DNA from: a virus
Length of the DNA: 38,317 nt
Reading direction: 5' to 3' (one strand)
IMG/VR virus record: IMGVR_UViG_3300009285_000031
Coordinates: 1-38,317 of that record
The notes under the pieces are model-generated. The model was not told the origin of the DNA and did no database searches. It saw only the letters and a list, made by a program, of their open reading frames with translations. Position numbers and translations under genes: made by a program. Below are positions 25,175-34,546 of the stretch, piece after piece (the stretch's first letter is position 1; every line of letters starts with the position of its first letter).

Positions 25175-25459
25175 TTACCTCTCGTTTTGTATTTTAAACA
25201 GCAAATCGCGAATTTCGCGAATATCCTCTTTTATTTCAGAGAATCTGTTGTTGATTTCTTCTTTCAGTCCGTCGATATGGGAATGACAGTCTGCTTTCAG
25301 GACATAGTCATCCTTTTTTACTTCCGGCTTAACTTCCGGCTTTTTTGATCCACCGAACCACGGTCGAAATTTGCATGCCATAAACGCTATTACAATGGCG
25401 GCTGTCGGCCATGGGGCGGCGGAGAAGAACCGTTCAAGAATCCTGTAAATCTCATCCAT
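25175..25459 (-). CDS. Small membrane-anchored coiled-coil protein (possible lysis-related protein).
   Basis: One hydrophobic segment (WPTAAIVIAFMACKF) is followed by a charged helix. Confidence 0.35.
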   Translation of the reverse strand: MDEIYRILERFFSAAPWPTAAIVIAFMACKFRPWFGGSKKPEVKPEVKKDDYVLKADCHSHIDGLKEEINNRFSEIKEDIREIRDLLFKIQNER

Positions 25460-25470
25460 GCTAATCTTTA

Positions 25471-25896
25471 CTAATCTTTAACGAAACAACTAAGCGTATC
25501 GAGAACGGACGCTTTGCCGGTTTTGGGAATCATATCGACCGAAATGTAATGTATTTCGATGTCGATGTTCTCATTTAAATAGGCAAGCCTGTCGCCGATG
25601 TGCCTCTCGATCTTTTCGTCATATTCCGGATTGATCCCGTGCTCAAGTCCGGCATAACGATTTCCAATTATTATCGGCTTTCCTGATTCGTCCTTCGAGC
25701 AGAACTTCAGAGAGAGTATTCGCTCCTGCTTCTGCGATGCGGAAACCAATTCCTCGATCTCGTCAACAATTCTTTTCAATTTCCCTTTTGTTTTGTTGAG
25801 GGCATAAACCACCTCGAAGGCGAGTTCCGTTTCAGAATTCAGCGTCGCTTCGATTTTTGCCGAAAGTTCGCGAACTTCAATCCGTGTCATTTCCAC
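25471..25896 (-). CDS. Hypothetical protein.
   Basis: 141-aa ORF. Confidence 0.45.
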   Translation of the reverse strand: MEMTRIEVRELSAKIEATLNSETELAFEVVYALNKTKGKLKRIVDEIEELVSASQKQERILSLKFCSKDESGKPIIIGNRYAGLEHGINPEYDEKIERHIGDRLAYLNENIDIEIHYISVDMIPKTGKASVLDTLSCFVKD

Positions 25897-26345
25897 TTTG
25901 CTTCTCCTCTTAAATGTTCGTAATTGCCTTTTATCTCGTTGACGTTCTTAAATCTCAACAGCTTCCTGATGAACCCGTATGAGTCCGTCGATATTCCCCG
26001 CCATTCCCTCTCCTTTTCAAGTTCCACCCAAAACCCCTTGACGGGCGAATAAATTATTGAATAATCGGGCTGTCCTTTATAATAATTGCAGCATGGCAAA
26101 CCGTTTTTTATCAGTTCGAGAGGCTCGCTCAACATTACATCCCAATCGATGTATAAAATGTCGTCATACCTCATTAGTATGTCGAATCTATACAGATCGG
26201 AGAGTTTTACAGGGTTCTCCACTTTTGCAAACTTGAATATTGCCACGTCATGGTAAAACTCTCTGACGCTCTCCATGCATCGAAGAACCTTTTCGGGTGC
26301 GTCTCCATATATAATTTGAACGGTTTTCATATTATGCATGCACAA
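25887..26345 (-). CDS. Putative glycosyltransferase, GT32-like with a DXD motif.
   Basis: LSDLYRFDILMRYDDILYIDWDV resembles the SD..R..iL...GG.Y.D.D signature. The start is ambiguous (26345, 26339 or 26330). Confidence 0.4.
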   Translation of the reverse strand: MCMHNMKTVQIIYGDAPEKVLRCMESVREFYHDVAIFKFAKVENPVKLSDLYRFDILMRYDDILYIDWDVMLSEPLELIKNGLPCCNYYKGQPDYSIIYSPVKGFWVELEKEREWRGISTDSYGFIRKLLRFKNVNEIKGNYEHLRGEAKWK

Positions 26346-27861
26346 TCTTTACTGCGTCCCCGGTTCGATACAGCATTCCAGTAGTTAAACCGCCGGCGAC
26401 CGCTGCTGCGTTGTCGGCGAATTCCTGGCACGTTCCCACGGTGGCCCTTCCCATCGTCATGTTTCCGTTTGAAAGATCGACGGTCGCCCTCTCTGTGGCA
26501 TTCTGCCTGAAGCTGAAAACGTGTGAGGATACGTCATAATAAAGACCGGTATCGGCATCTTCTTGAACTTTTATTATATAATTTGAAGCATTGTGGAATG
26601 TCAATGTATTGATGTCGGTTATATTATTATCCTTTACACTAATAGTTCCATTATAACTAATTCTCATTCTCTCGGCTAACCCACCACCATCCTCATAATA
26701 GGTTTTAAACAGCAGATCACCATGAGGATGGGTATTGCCCATCCCTGTGCCGACGGCTTCAATCGTTGACAACACCACAACAGTACCATATAAATCTTCA
26801 GTAACGAACTCTAATCCTGTTCCCATTCCGTCAGCAGCATCACCTGATGTAAAATGAGATAATCTGGCTGCATATGTTACTGAGTCCGTCACCGCATCCT
26901 CCACGCTCGACTCAAGGCGTCTTTGAGCGGATGATGTTCCTATACCTACATTACCATCTGTATAGTATAAATCAGAGATAAATCTCTGCCAATGATAGTC
27001 AGCTCCCATGCCATGCGCCGTACCGTCATCATTTACTTTTTCTAATGACTCTACTAATATATAGATACCATACGCGGATGCGTGATTCGTCCATGCAACC
27101 ACATTACTACCGGATATAGATAGCTGCGGGTTGTTTCCTGATGTACCACTCATCGACACCGCTCTAGCTACCCATGTTGTTGTATTTTGTATATAATGTA
27201 CAATGTAAAGTGCCCCCGAGTCCGTTGATGTTGTTCCAGTCGTCAGAGATATTTTATAATTATAGTTTACATTTAGCGTTGTACCGTGTTCGAGGTTCAG
27301 GGTTACGTTGAAACCATTAACCACTCCAGCCCCGGTAGTTATACCAGATGTCTGATGATATTTTCTCCCCCCGAATTGAGCAGATCCGTTAACGGTTAAC
27401 GTTTCAGCGGGAGAAGTGGTTCCGATTCCAAGTCGAGTATTTGCGACATCGTAATAAAGGTTGCTTTCGTTGAACGCCGTTGCCGAAGAGGCGTATGGAA
27501 TATATGGCGTAGAGACTCCGTGAGCAGCAGGGGCAGCGCCAACGTCTGAATATGTCAACCCGTGAGCAGCCCACGCCGCTTCTGTTCCGTTTGACTTTAA
27601 AAAATATCCGTTTGTTCCTATCGGAAGTCGCCGCCACTTTGGAGTAGCTGTCTGTCCGGTAATAATATCACCTCTGGTGACGGTCCCCGCCGTGGTGTCT
27701 CCGTGAGTAGCGGAAAGGAAATCGTGGTTCAAACCTGTCACGTCACCAGTAAACGACACCGCACCGGTAACGGTCTGCGCAGCAGTGCCGTTCTTACGAA
27801 GATAGCGGTTGTCGTTGTACTTGAGGTTGCTTACCCTCTGCGTGTCAGATGCGAATTGCAT
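26332..27861 (-). CDS. Tail or head fibre protein.
   Basis: 509-aa ORF. The segments NTRLGIGTTSPAETLTVNG and GNVGIGTSS are typical of phage fibre shafts. Confidence 0.6.
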   Translation of the reverse strand: MQFASDTQRVSNLKYNDNRYLRKNGTAAQTVTGAVSFTGDVTGLNHDFLSATHGDTTAGTVTRGDIITGQTATPKWRRLPIGTNGYFLKSNGTEAAWAAHGLTYSDVGAAPAAHGVSTPYIPYASSATAFNESNLYYDVANTRLGIGTTSPAETLTVNGSAQFGGRKYHQTSGITTGAGVVNGFNVTLNLEHGTTLNVNYNYKISLTTGTTSTDSGALYIVHYIQNTTTWVARAVSMSGTSGNNPQLSISGSNVVAWTNHASAYGIYILVESLEKVNDDGTAHGMGADYHWQRFISDLYYTDGNVGIGTSSAQRRLESSVEDAVTDSVTYAARLSHFTSGDAADGMGTGLEFVTEDLYGTVVVLSTIEAVGTGMGNTHPHGDLLFKTYYEDGGGLAERMRISYNGTISVKDNNITDINTLTFHNASNYIIKVQEDADTGLYYDVSSHVFSFRQNATERATVDLSNGNMTMGRATVGTCQEFADNAAAVAGGLTTGMLYRTGDAVKIVHA

Positions 27862-27862
27862 T

Positions 27863-28102
27863 TTATGTGCCGAAAATCATGACCTGGAACGTTGCTGCCG
27901 ACGCGGCGGTACACGCGATTATCGATCCTCCGGTATGGCTGATATTCGCCTGCGTTGCGCTGTTATCAACGACAAAAAATATGCTGTTGAATCCTGCGTT
28001 TGCCGAAGATCCTGCCGCCCCGTCCGTCATTGTCAACGTTCCGACCCTGACACGGCACGCGCCGAAAACGTCTTCATGAGATACCGTAAAAGTGTTTGCC
28101 AT
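27863..28102 (-). CDS. Small Ser/Thr/Ala-rich hypothetical protein.
   Basis: 79-aa ORF. Confidence 0.4.
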   Translation of the reverse strand: MANTFTVSHEDVFGACRVRVGTLTMTDGAAGSSANAGFNSIFFVVDNSATQANISHTGGSIIACTAASAATFQVMIFGT

Positions 28103-28114
28103 TTTTCAATCCTT

Positions 28115-29170
28115 TCAAAACAAGAGATGAAGTTTCCCGCCGACCGACTTTTCAAGCATCGACGGCATCCGTTTATACATGCAGAATATCTGCAGCGCGG
28201 ATTTTAAATCCATCTGCAGAATCTGTTTGATATTTCCCTCGTGATAGGCTCCCATGATTCCGCCTTCGGTCGCATTGATCCACAACTGAGGATTGTTCCC
28301 GGTCCCGCCGCACGCCATGAAGTCAAACCAGTTTTTAAATCCGAAATACGACTGCCACGTCCATACGCGGTTCCCGAAAACGTCAATCCATGGGATAACA
28401 CCGGAGAATTTCTCGTTGTACCAGCAATCCCAGGCGTGGAATTTGTGGTCGTATGAGAAACAGAGATCCATCCCGACAAAGATGGGGACCGAGCATCCGA
28501 GAATCGCCCTTGAAAAGTACAGCGCCGCACCCATCACGTTCCCGCCGACGTTGAAGCCCGGGACTTTCGAGATATCAACAATTTTGAAAATCTCCTTCGC
28601 AAGCTCTTCAGATGCGCACGGGGTGGTATACCACAAAATCGGACCTCTCCACCTTTTAATGAAATCCGGATGAGTCCCGTGGTACGCGACAAGCGTCCGG
28701 TTCTCCGTCTTCTGCCAGTACCAGTCAGGTGTGTCGGCGTGCGCTCCGCCTTCCGACATCTCTTTGATGCAGATGTCTCCGGCGTCAAGGATAAGGTAAA
28801 AATCATCAGGTCGCATCAGGTTGCGATCTTCCATGAACGGGAAGTTGTGAACATTCGTCACCATCCTGACATCCTGGCGCCCGATCGATCTGTCTCCGTC
28901 GCCGATAAGATCTTTCCAGTTTCTCGAAAGCGACGGACCCGCCCCTGCGAGGATAACCGGACGACCGGCGCAAGCCTCGAAAACCTGATACGCGCTATCT
29001 TTAATGAAATCATGGGTTCCGGAGTTCACCTTCGTCTGTTCAATCCACTGCTTTTCCCACGTCTTTACCGTAACCCCGTCATTGCGAACCGCATTGTTCC
29101 AGGCAGCCTCTTTGCCGAGAGGTATGCCCTCAATGTACGGGCTGTATTGCAGAGTCATTTCAACTTGCAT
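28115..29170 (-). CDS. Maf/DUF115 (MptE-like) family protein, a putative nonulosonic-acid glycosyltransferase.
   Basis: The motifs GRPVILAGAGPSLSRN, MRPDDFYLILDAGD and VGGNVMGAALYFSRAILGCSVPIFVGMDLCFS match the conserved blocks I associate with the DUF115/Maf flagellin-glycosylation family. Confidence 0.55.
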   Translation of the reverse strand: MQVEMTLQYSPYIEGIPLGKEAAWNNAVRNDGVTVKTWEKQWIEQTKVNSGTHDFIKDSAYQVFEACAGRPVILAGAGPSLSRNWKDLIGDGDRSIGRQDVRMVTNVHNFPFMEDRNLMRPDDFYLILDAGDICIKEMSEGGAHADTPDWYWQKTENRTLVAYHGTHPDFIKRWRGPILWYTTPCASEELAKEIFKIVDISKVPGFNVGGNVMGAALYFSRAILGCSVPIFVGMDLCFSYDHKFHAWDCWYNEKFSGVIPWIDVFGNRVWTWQSYFGFKNWFDFMACGGTGNNPQLWINATEGGIMGAYHEGNIKQILQMDLKSALQIFCMYKRMPSMLEKSVGGKLHLLF

Positions 29171-29189
29171 ATTTCTCCTCGTTTGTTAA

Positions 29190-29211
29190 GTGGCGGGAGT
29201 TACCCCGCCAC
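29190..29211 (-). other. 8-bp GC hairpin between the decoration-like gene and the Maf-like gene (possible attenuator).
   Basis: GTGGCGGG-agttac-CCCGCCAC. There is no clear U-tract on the minus strand. Confidence 0.35.
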
Positions 29212-29220
29212 CATTATTCC

Positions 29221-29718
29221 TTACGCGCAATTCACAAACACGGTGAACGTGCAGAGCGCCGTTGCCGCCGACGCGGCGGTAAGCGCCACACCGACGAACG
29301 GGTAAAGATTCCCAGTTGTCGCCGAACGAGAACGGAAAGCACCGCTACCATCAAGCGCAACGCCCTGACCGGCAGTCGTTCCGGAATTGGAATAACACGC
29401 CGGGACCGCCCCCTTGACGACGACCCAGCCGTAATTACGAGCCGGGATGTCGTTGTGGTACACGACGCCGCCAATATCAAAATCGCCCGCAGTCGAGCTG
29501 ACCGTAAGGCTGTACCCGGATGTCGCCGATGCGTTGGCGCCGATCCGTACCATTGCGTAACCGACTGACGCGGTGGAAGAGGATTTGTTGTAGATGTACT
29601 GATACTTCAAACCTCCACTCCATCGTTCGGTCCCGATTTCAACGGAGTTCGTCGCCGTTACCTGGCTGACACTCTCCTCGATTATTTGCTGCAGTCCACT
29701 GATACTCATGGCTTTCAC
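29221..29718 (-). CDS. Putative capsid decoration or auxiliary head protein (Ser/Thr/Ala/Gly-rich).
   Basis: 165-aa ORF immediately downstream of the major capsid gene. The call is positional. Confidence 0.4.
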   Translation of the reverse strand: MKAMSISGLQQIIEESVSQVTATNSVEIGTERWSGGLKYQYIYNKSSSTASVGYAMVRIGANASATSGYSLTVSSTAGDFDIGGVVYHNDIPARNYGWVVVKGAVPACYSNSGTTAGQGVALDGSGAFRSRSATTGNLYPFVGVALTAASAATALCTFTVFVNCA

Positions 29719-29725
29719 CCCTTTC

Positions 29726-30643
29726 TTAAACGAGCGCGGTCATCATACCGTGCATTCTGTTGTTGTTGGACGTCATCGCACCGGTCCAGAAAATCTGCGC
29801 CACTTTGACGTTCTGGTTTGTCGGCTGACGGAATCCGGAGAATCGGAAATTCTCATCCTTGTGGGCGATGAGCTGAATATAGTTCTCATTGACAACGTAC
29901 AAGTATCCGCTGTCAAGGTGCGAATCGACTACGACGGGAATGCCGTTGAAGATCAGATTTTTGAACCCGGCCTTCAGGGTTTCCTCGTCGGCAAAACGCT
30001 GCTGCGGCTGAATTGCCGCCCACAAGTCGTCGAATTGATCCTGTTTGAGAAACACCACGGTCGGCGAATCGCTGTCAACCGTGCAGTCTCCGAGCAACGC
30101 CTGAAGAGAAGAAGGTGTAAGTGCGGTGGTCGTCGAATCGACGTGGCCTTGCCACCATGAGTACGTCCCCTTGGCGATGGTTCCGTGCGTGCCGGTTGCC
30201 GCGCAGATCATCTTTAGACCCTCGAAGGTGTTCGTGGTTGTCCCGTCACCGAAAATGGCGGTCCCGAGCTTATCTTTGAGGGTTTTCTCCGCCATCTGCA
30301 CCTTTGCCTTCAGGTGATTGATGATCGCGTTCTTCCCCGCGTTCTTCAGCTCGTCGAGGCGGGTAATCTGAATCGATGCGTATGCCTGTTTCCAGTCCCA
30401 TATCGCATCGGTGATCTGCTGGTTGTCATCGGTAAGCAGGGTTCCTGAACCGCTGTACCATCCCGCGCTCGTGGTCTGAGCATAGGCGAGAGGTTGGGTA
30501 ATCTGCGTGCCGCCATCGACGGTATCGTACCATCCGCGCTTTTTTGCTCTCTGCAATGCCGCGTTGCTGGCGAAAATATTGTCAACCAGCTTCGGTATCA
30601 GATATTTCTGAGTCAGTGCAGAGATTTCGGCTGTCAATGCCAT
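29726..30643 (-). CDS. Major capsid protein.
   Basis: 305-aa ORF downstream of the scaffold-like gene. The N-terminal pattern LIPKLVDNIFASNAALQRAKK...GGTQITQPL and the overall layout are typical of phage major capsid proteins. Confidence 0.75.
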   Translation of the reverse strand: MALTAEISALTQKYLIPKLVDNIFASNAALQRAKKRGWYDTVDGGTQITQPLAYAQTTSAGWYSGSGTLLTDDNQQITDAIWDWKQAYASIQITRLDELKNAGKNAIINHLKAKVQMAEKTLKDKLGTAIFGDGTTTNTFEGLKMICAATGTHGTIAKGTYSWWQGHVDSTTTALTPSSLQALLGDCTVDSDSPTVVFLKQDQFDDLWAAIQPQQRFADEETLKAGFKNLIFNGIPVVVDSHLDSGYLYVVNENYIQLIAHKDENFRFSGFRQPTNQNVKVAQIFWTGAMTSNNNRMHGMMTALV

Positions 30644-30657
30644 AAGACAATCTCCTG

Positions 30658-31554
30658 TTAAGTTTTGAGTTCCGAGGCCATCCGGCGGGCAATGTCATTA
30701 TACGACATCCCCGGCTGATAGCCGCCCTTTTGCGGGGCACCACCTGGGGATGCTCCGCCTTGTACCACCCCCGCCCTGTTCGCGGCCTGTTTCGCGGCTG
30801 CCGCCTTTTTCAAAGCGTCCGCCCTCGCGTTCGTCCCGTTCTGCGGTCCCATGAAAGCCCAGTATGCATGGTCAAGGCTTGAGATTCCGCTTTCCAGAGC
30901 GAACCTTACGATCTGCTGCTGCAGCGTCCCGGTCCCGTCGTCGAATTCCCAATCGTGGTCAGGGTGGTCTGCCTTGAGCTTTTGAGCGCTCTCCTGCAAA
31001 CGCCTGTCGTATTCAAGGTTGATTCGTTCGGTGTTGTGGCTCTTCAGCTCTTCGATCTCGCTTTTCAATTGCGAGTAAAGCTGAACATTGGGGCCACCGG
31101 GCTGCTGTCCCTGAGACTGCATCTCCTGGATTGTCGCAGCGATTTTTTCCGCCAGCTGCGGGTTGCTCTTGAGCATTTTGTCGAACTCGTCATAGTGCCC
31201 GTACTGTTTCTTCAGTCCGTCAAGCTGTTGCTGAAGCTGAGTACGCTCAGTTTTGAAGCGTCCCATTTCCTGCTCGTATGAAAATCCTTTCTGGGCGAGA
31301 TTGGTCAGCTCTTCCCTGGTTTTCGGAACGTATGGCTGTCCGCGATACTTCAGCGCCCATTGCTTTCCGTCGAAAACCTGCTGTTGTCCCTGGCTGTTTG
31401 TCTTCTGATCACCTGCCTGAGGCTGTCCTCCCGGCTGCTGGCCGTCGGCCTGCTGTTGCGGTTGCGATCCACCTTGAGGCTGGTCACTCTGCGGCTGTCC
31501 GCCTACATCGTCAGTCAGTTCGCCTTCCATCTCTATCCCGTCATTATCTGCCAT
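30658..31554 (-). CDS. Scaffolding protein (putative).
   Basis: A Q/G/P-rich acidic N-terminus is followed by long coiled-coil-like segments. The gene lies between the portal and the capsid gene. Confidence 0.55.
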   Translation of the reverse strand: MADNDGIEMEGELTDDVGGQPQSDQPQGGSQPQQQADGQQPGGQPQAGDQKTNSQGQQQVFDGKQWALKYRGQPYVPKTREELTNLAQKGFSYEQEMGRFKTERTQLQQQLDGLKKQYGHYDEFDKMLKSNPQLAEKIAATIQEMQSQGQQPGGPNVQLYSQLKSEIEELKSHNTERINLEYDRRLQESAQKLKADHPDHDWEFDDGTGTLQQQIVRFALESGISSLDHAYWAFMGPQNGTNARADALKKAAAAKQAANRAGVVQGGASPGGAPQKGGYQPGMSYNDIARRMASELKT

Positions 31555-31601
31555 AAGTCAATCCTCCGATTAAAAAATTACGTAGTTGCCGCTACCGTTA
31601 C

Positions 31602-31820
31602 TCACATTTCGTTTGGTCCGGCGAATTGCACGCCGCCGCCCTTCGGGACCTCGCCAACATTGTTGACGATCTCGCCAGATGCGCTCATGCCCTGCTCGCC
31701 GCCCTTCGGCGACTGAAGCGGACCGCCGGAAGAAAGGCTTCCACCGCTTTCGCTTTTCATCCCGCCATCGCCGACATCGCTATCGCCGTTGCCGGCGAAA
31801 CTTACACCCTTATCACTCAT
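31602..31820 (-). CDS. Small Gly/Ser-rich hypothetical protein.
   Basis: 72-aa ORF. Confidence 0.35.
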   Translation of the reverse strand: MSDKGVSFAGNGDSDVGDGGMKSESGGSLSSGGPLQSPKGGEQGMSASGEIVNNVGEVPKGGGVQFAGPNEM

Positions 31821-31842
31821 ATCGATACCCCTTTCAAAAGGT

Positions 31843-32202
31843 TTAAATGACTGACACCTGACCGCGTTGCGCCCTGGCTCCGCCGCTCATGTTGCCGAGC
31901 ATGGGGTTGACCCCGCGCCCGCCTCCCGGGGCCTGCGCCTGCGGCATACCTGGCTGCTGCGATTGCTCCTCTGCTTGTGGAGCCATATTCGATCCGTCCC
32001 CTGCCTTTTTTCCGAGAGCCTGAACAAACTGGCTCATGATCGACTGCAACTCCGTAGCCGCCGGGTCCCCCTGCTCCGACAGTGCTGCGATGTAGGTTCC
32101 GATCGTTCGCACCGCATCGAGTATCGGGTTTTCCGGAGGGGTCTGACCGCCACCGTCCTGCGCCATCTGCTGTTCACCTTGCATTTCTTCAGGCATTTGC
32201 AT
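31843..32202 (-). CDS. Hypothetical head-module protein.
   Basis: The start at 32202 (MQMPEE) is preceded by AGGGAA and was preferred over 32241, which overlaps the portal gene more deeply. Confidence 0.4.
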   Translation of the reverse strand: MQMPEEMQGEQQMAQDGGGQTPPENPILDAVRTIGTYIAALSEQGDPAATELQSIMSQFVQALGKKAGDGSNMAPQAEEQSQQPGMPQAQAPGGGRGVNPMLGNMSGGARAQRGQVSVI

Positions 32203-34054
32203 TTTGATTCCCTGGTTCCGGCGCAGGAGGTCCGCCGCCACCCGGCGGGGGCATCGCTGCCGCCTGTTTCTCTTCCATACGCTGTTCTACCTGTTCGGCG
32301 TTCGGCCATTCCAGCGTTTCGAGCAGTTCTTTTCCGTCAATGACCTGCGAGTCGAACAGTTTGAAAGCGATATTCGCCCGGGTAGTCTTCGCCCATGGCA
32401 TAGCCGTACCGCCCATGATTTTGATATCCATTAGCCCCTTTGTCGGAGCGCTCGTTGTGTACGTCGGTTCCGCCATGTAGCTCTGCGTCTGCGGGTCGAA
32501 CACGTAATTTTTTTTATTGAGAACGAATTGCCCTTTGTCGGTTTCCTCGATGAAGAACTCGAAATACTCCGGCCACACGTTGCTCTTGCCGGTGATGCGC
32601 GCTACGCGCGGCTCCCGGTAGAACTGCATCATGAGCGCCATGATCTGCGTGCCAAGCTGCTGAAGCGAAACCTGCAAATTACGCTCTTTTGCGCGTATTC
32701 GCGTTTGTGAAGCCTCTTGCAGGTTTTCGATTGCCGATGCCGCGGTGATGCCGGCCGGGCGGCGCCCTTGTGAAATCTCCGAGATCCCGCTTATCTGCTC
32801 AGCCTGCGTGATGAGAGTCCGGTAAATCTCCATCATTCCGGATTGCAGGCCGGGAGGAAAATCGCGCCTGACAGAATCTTTTTTCCCGGCAGCTACCTTG
32901 ATTACCGCAGACACCTGATTGGTGATAGTCTCTGGATCGACTCCTGAATCCTCCTCGACAATCCATATCGGATTCGCCATGAGCTGCATCACGTCGAAAA
33001 TGTGCGCGAGAGTTTTATTGATGATCTTCTGCGTCGGCATGAGAGACTTGGCTTCGCCCTCGCCGTAGAAATCGCCCGGGAGAATCGTGTCGATGATCCG
33101 GACGAAGGGCTTTTTTCCGTGTGCATACGGTGCCTCAACCGATTGCAAGAGCAGGTTTTGGTTCGGTAGTATCGTGATGAGCTTTCCTTTTGGGAATTTC
33201 TTCCTCACGACTTTCTCAACATTTCCGTTGCCGTCGTCCCGCTGCTCCTCGATGAGCGATTCGTCGTCGATCCAGCATTCTGCGACATCGCATAGCTTTC
33301 TATCGTCCGCCGACTCTCCCATGCCGGCCATGCCTTTAGGCGAGTACTGGTCGGTAGGGCTTACGAGCTTCAGGTCATCGGATTTCGATACCTTTTCAGT
33401 CCCGTCCTTTGCACTGTCCGCCTTGATCATATCAACCATGTCGGGGAAGAGGCGACGCAGCAGGCCAACCGGTTTCTGCGTCTTGTGCACCACCCACCCG
33501 CAGTTTTTCGTGAAATCCTGGCACCCTCGGGGAACGTAGATGTCTCGTGGGTCAACATTCTCAACATTCACGTCGCCGATCCCGTCCTCAAGAGTCGGGT
33601 CCCATGTGACCTTGAGAACTCCGCAGTCGTAAAGCATTGAGCAGAAAATGGCCTCGATGAGCGTGTGATCCATCCCGGAGTTGTCCCACCAGTTTTCAAT
33701 CAGCGTCGCCATGCACTGCGAGAACTGATAGTCTGAAGGGTCACGCGCCATCGGGTTGAAGCCGGGCCGCTGGTCGGTGAGAATGGGAATCGTCGCCTGA
33801 ATAATCTGACGGATGATATTCATTACTGGTTTGCTGCGGGCGTTCGCTCCTGTTTTCCATTGCTTCCCTTTGTAAAAGTCGAGCCGATCCTCCCAATCCT
33901 CGTCGAATTTCGACCGGTACGCCTTTCCCTCCTCGATGAGATTGAGAACGAGGCGCACCTCCCGCTCCTCCTCGGCGCCCTGTCCTGCCTGCTGTCGATT
34001 GTCAGGTCCGGCTATGACGGAATTCGGATCTATCGGTCTGGTAGCTTCACGCAT
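32189..34054 (-). CDS. Portal protein.
   Basis: 621-aa ORF downstream of the terminase genes. The N-terminal WEDRLDFYKGKQW motif is typical of portal proteins. Confidence 0.75.
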   Translation of the reverse strand: MREATRPIDPNSVIAGPDNRQQAGQGAEEEREVRLVLNLIEEGKAYRSKFDEDWEDRLDFYKGKQWKTGANARSKPVMNIIRQIIQATIPILTDQRPGFNPMARDPSDYQFSQCMATLIENWWDNSGMDHTLIEAIFCSMLYDCGVLKVTWDPTLEDGIGDVNVENVDPRDIYVPRGCQDFTKNCGWVVHKTQKPVGLLRRLFPDMVDMIKADSAKDGTEKVSKSDDLKLVSPTDQYSPKGMAGMGESADDRKLCDVAECWIDDESLIEEQRDDGNGNVEKVVRKKFPKGKLITILPNQNLLLQSVEAPYAHGKKPFVRIIDTILPGDFYGEGEAKSLMPTQKIINKTLAHIFDVMQLMANPIWIVEEDSGVDPETITNQVSAVIKVAAGKKDSVRRDFPPGLQSGMMEIYRTLITQAEQISGISEISQGRRPAGITAASAIENLQEASQTRIRAKERNLQVSLQQLGTQIMALMMQFYREPRVARITGKSNVWPEYFEFFIEETDKGQFVLNKKNYVFDPQTQSYMAEPTYTTSAPTKGLMDIKIMGGTAMPWAKTTRANIAFKLFDSQVIDGKELLETLEWPNAEQVEQRMEEKQAAAMPPPGGGGPPAPEPGNQNANA

Positions 34055-34355
34055 GCAATTTACTCAATTCACAGTCGCCCGACCCGTCCAGGTCAGGGCA
34101 TTGTTCGATAATCCGGTGCATTTCCCGCTCTGCGTTCGCGTAGCGGTCCGGCTGCTCTCCGGCGCTTATCTTCTCGTTCCCGGTCTCTACGCATCCCGCA
34201 GGAGGTCGAGACTTCGTCATGTGAACCGTCCAAGGAGTGAACACCCTCGCCCGAAGCGCTCCGCATTCGCACCGGCTGCGCTTCTCTTCGGCGGCCTTGA
34301 AATACTCTTCGGCAGTACTCCCGCAGGACGGGCATTTGAATTCGTAAAGCGGCAT
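34047..34355 (-). CDS. FmdB-type zinc-ribbon protein.
   Basis: It begins MPLYEFKCPSCGS...RCECG, the N-terminal CxxC...CxC ribbon. Confidence 0.55.
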   Translation of the reverse strand: MPLYEFKCPSCGSTAEEYFKAAEEKRSRCECGALRARVFTPWTVHMTKSRPPAGCVETGNEKISAGEQPDRYANAEREMHRIIEQCPDLDGSGDCELSKLHA

Positions 34356-34537
34356 TATTTTTCCGCCAACGGTTTTTTGGTTAGGAACCGATTCAACACA
34401 TTGAGAGCCGCGAGGATAGCTGCCGCCGTCTCCGTGGAAACAATCTGCCCCTGCGTTGCGTTGATCAGAACAGCGACAGTGCCGATCGCATTGAGCCAGA
34501 ACGTTTTCGACCTGAACATGCCTTTGAGCGCCTTCAT
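34355..34537 (-). CDS. Small membrane protein (holin-like candidate).
   Basis: 60-aa ORF with two hydrophobic stretches (FWLNAIGTVAVLI, AAAILAALNVL). Confidence 0.35.
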   Translation of the reverse strand: MKALKGMFRSKTFWLNAIGTVAVLINATQGQIVSTETAAAILAALNVLNRFLTKKPLAEK

Positions 34538-34546
34538 AACTCCTCC

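Noticed and set aside
28670-29305. A 211-aa plus-strand ORF opposite the Maf-like gene, and similar ORFs at 29708..30160, 33936..34586 and 34973..35404.
   Set aside because: They are shadow ORFs antisense to genes with recognisable motifs (Maf-like, capsid, portal, TerL).
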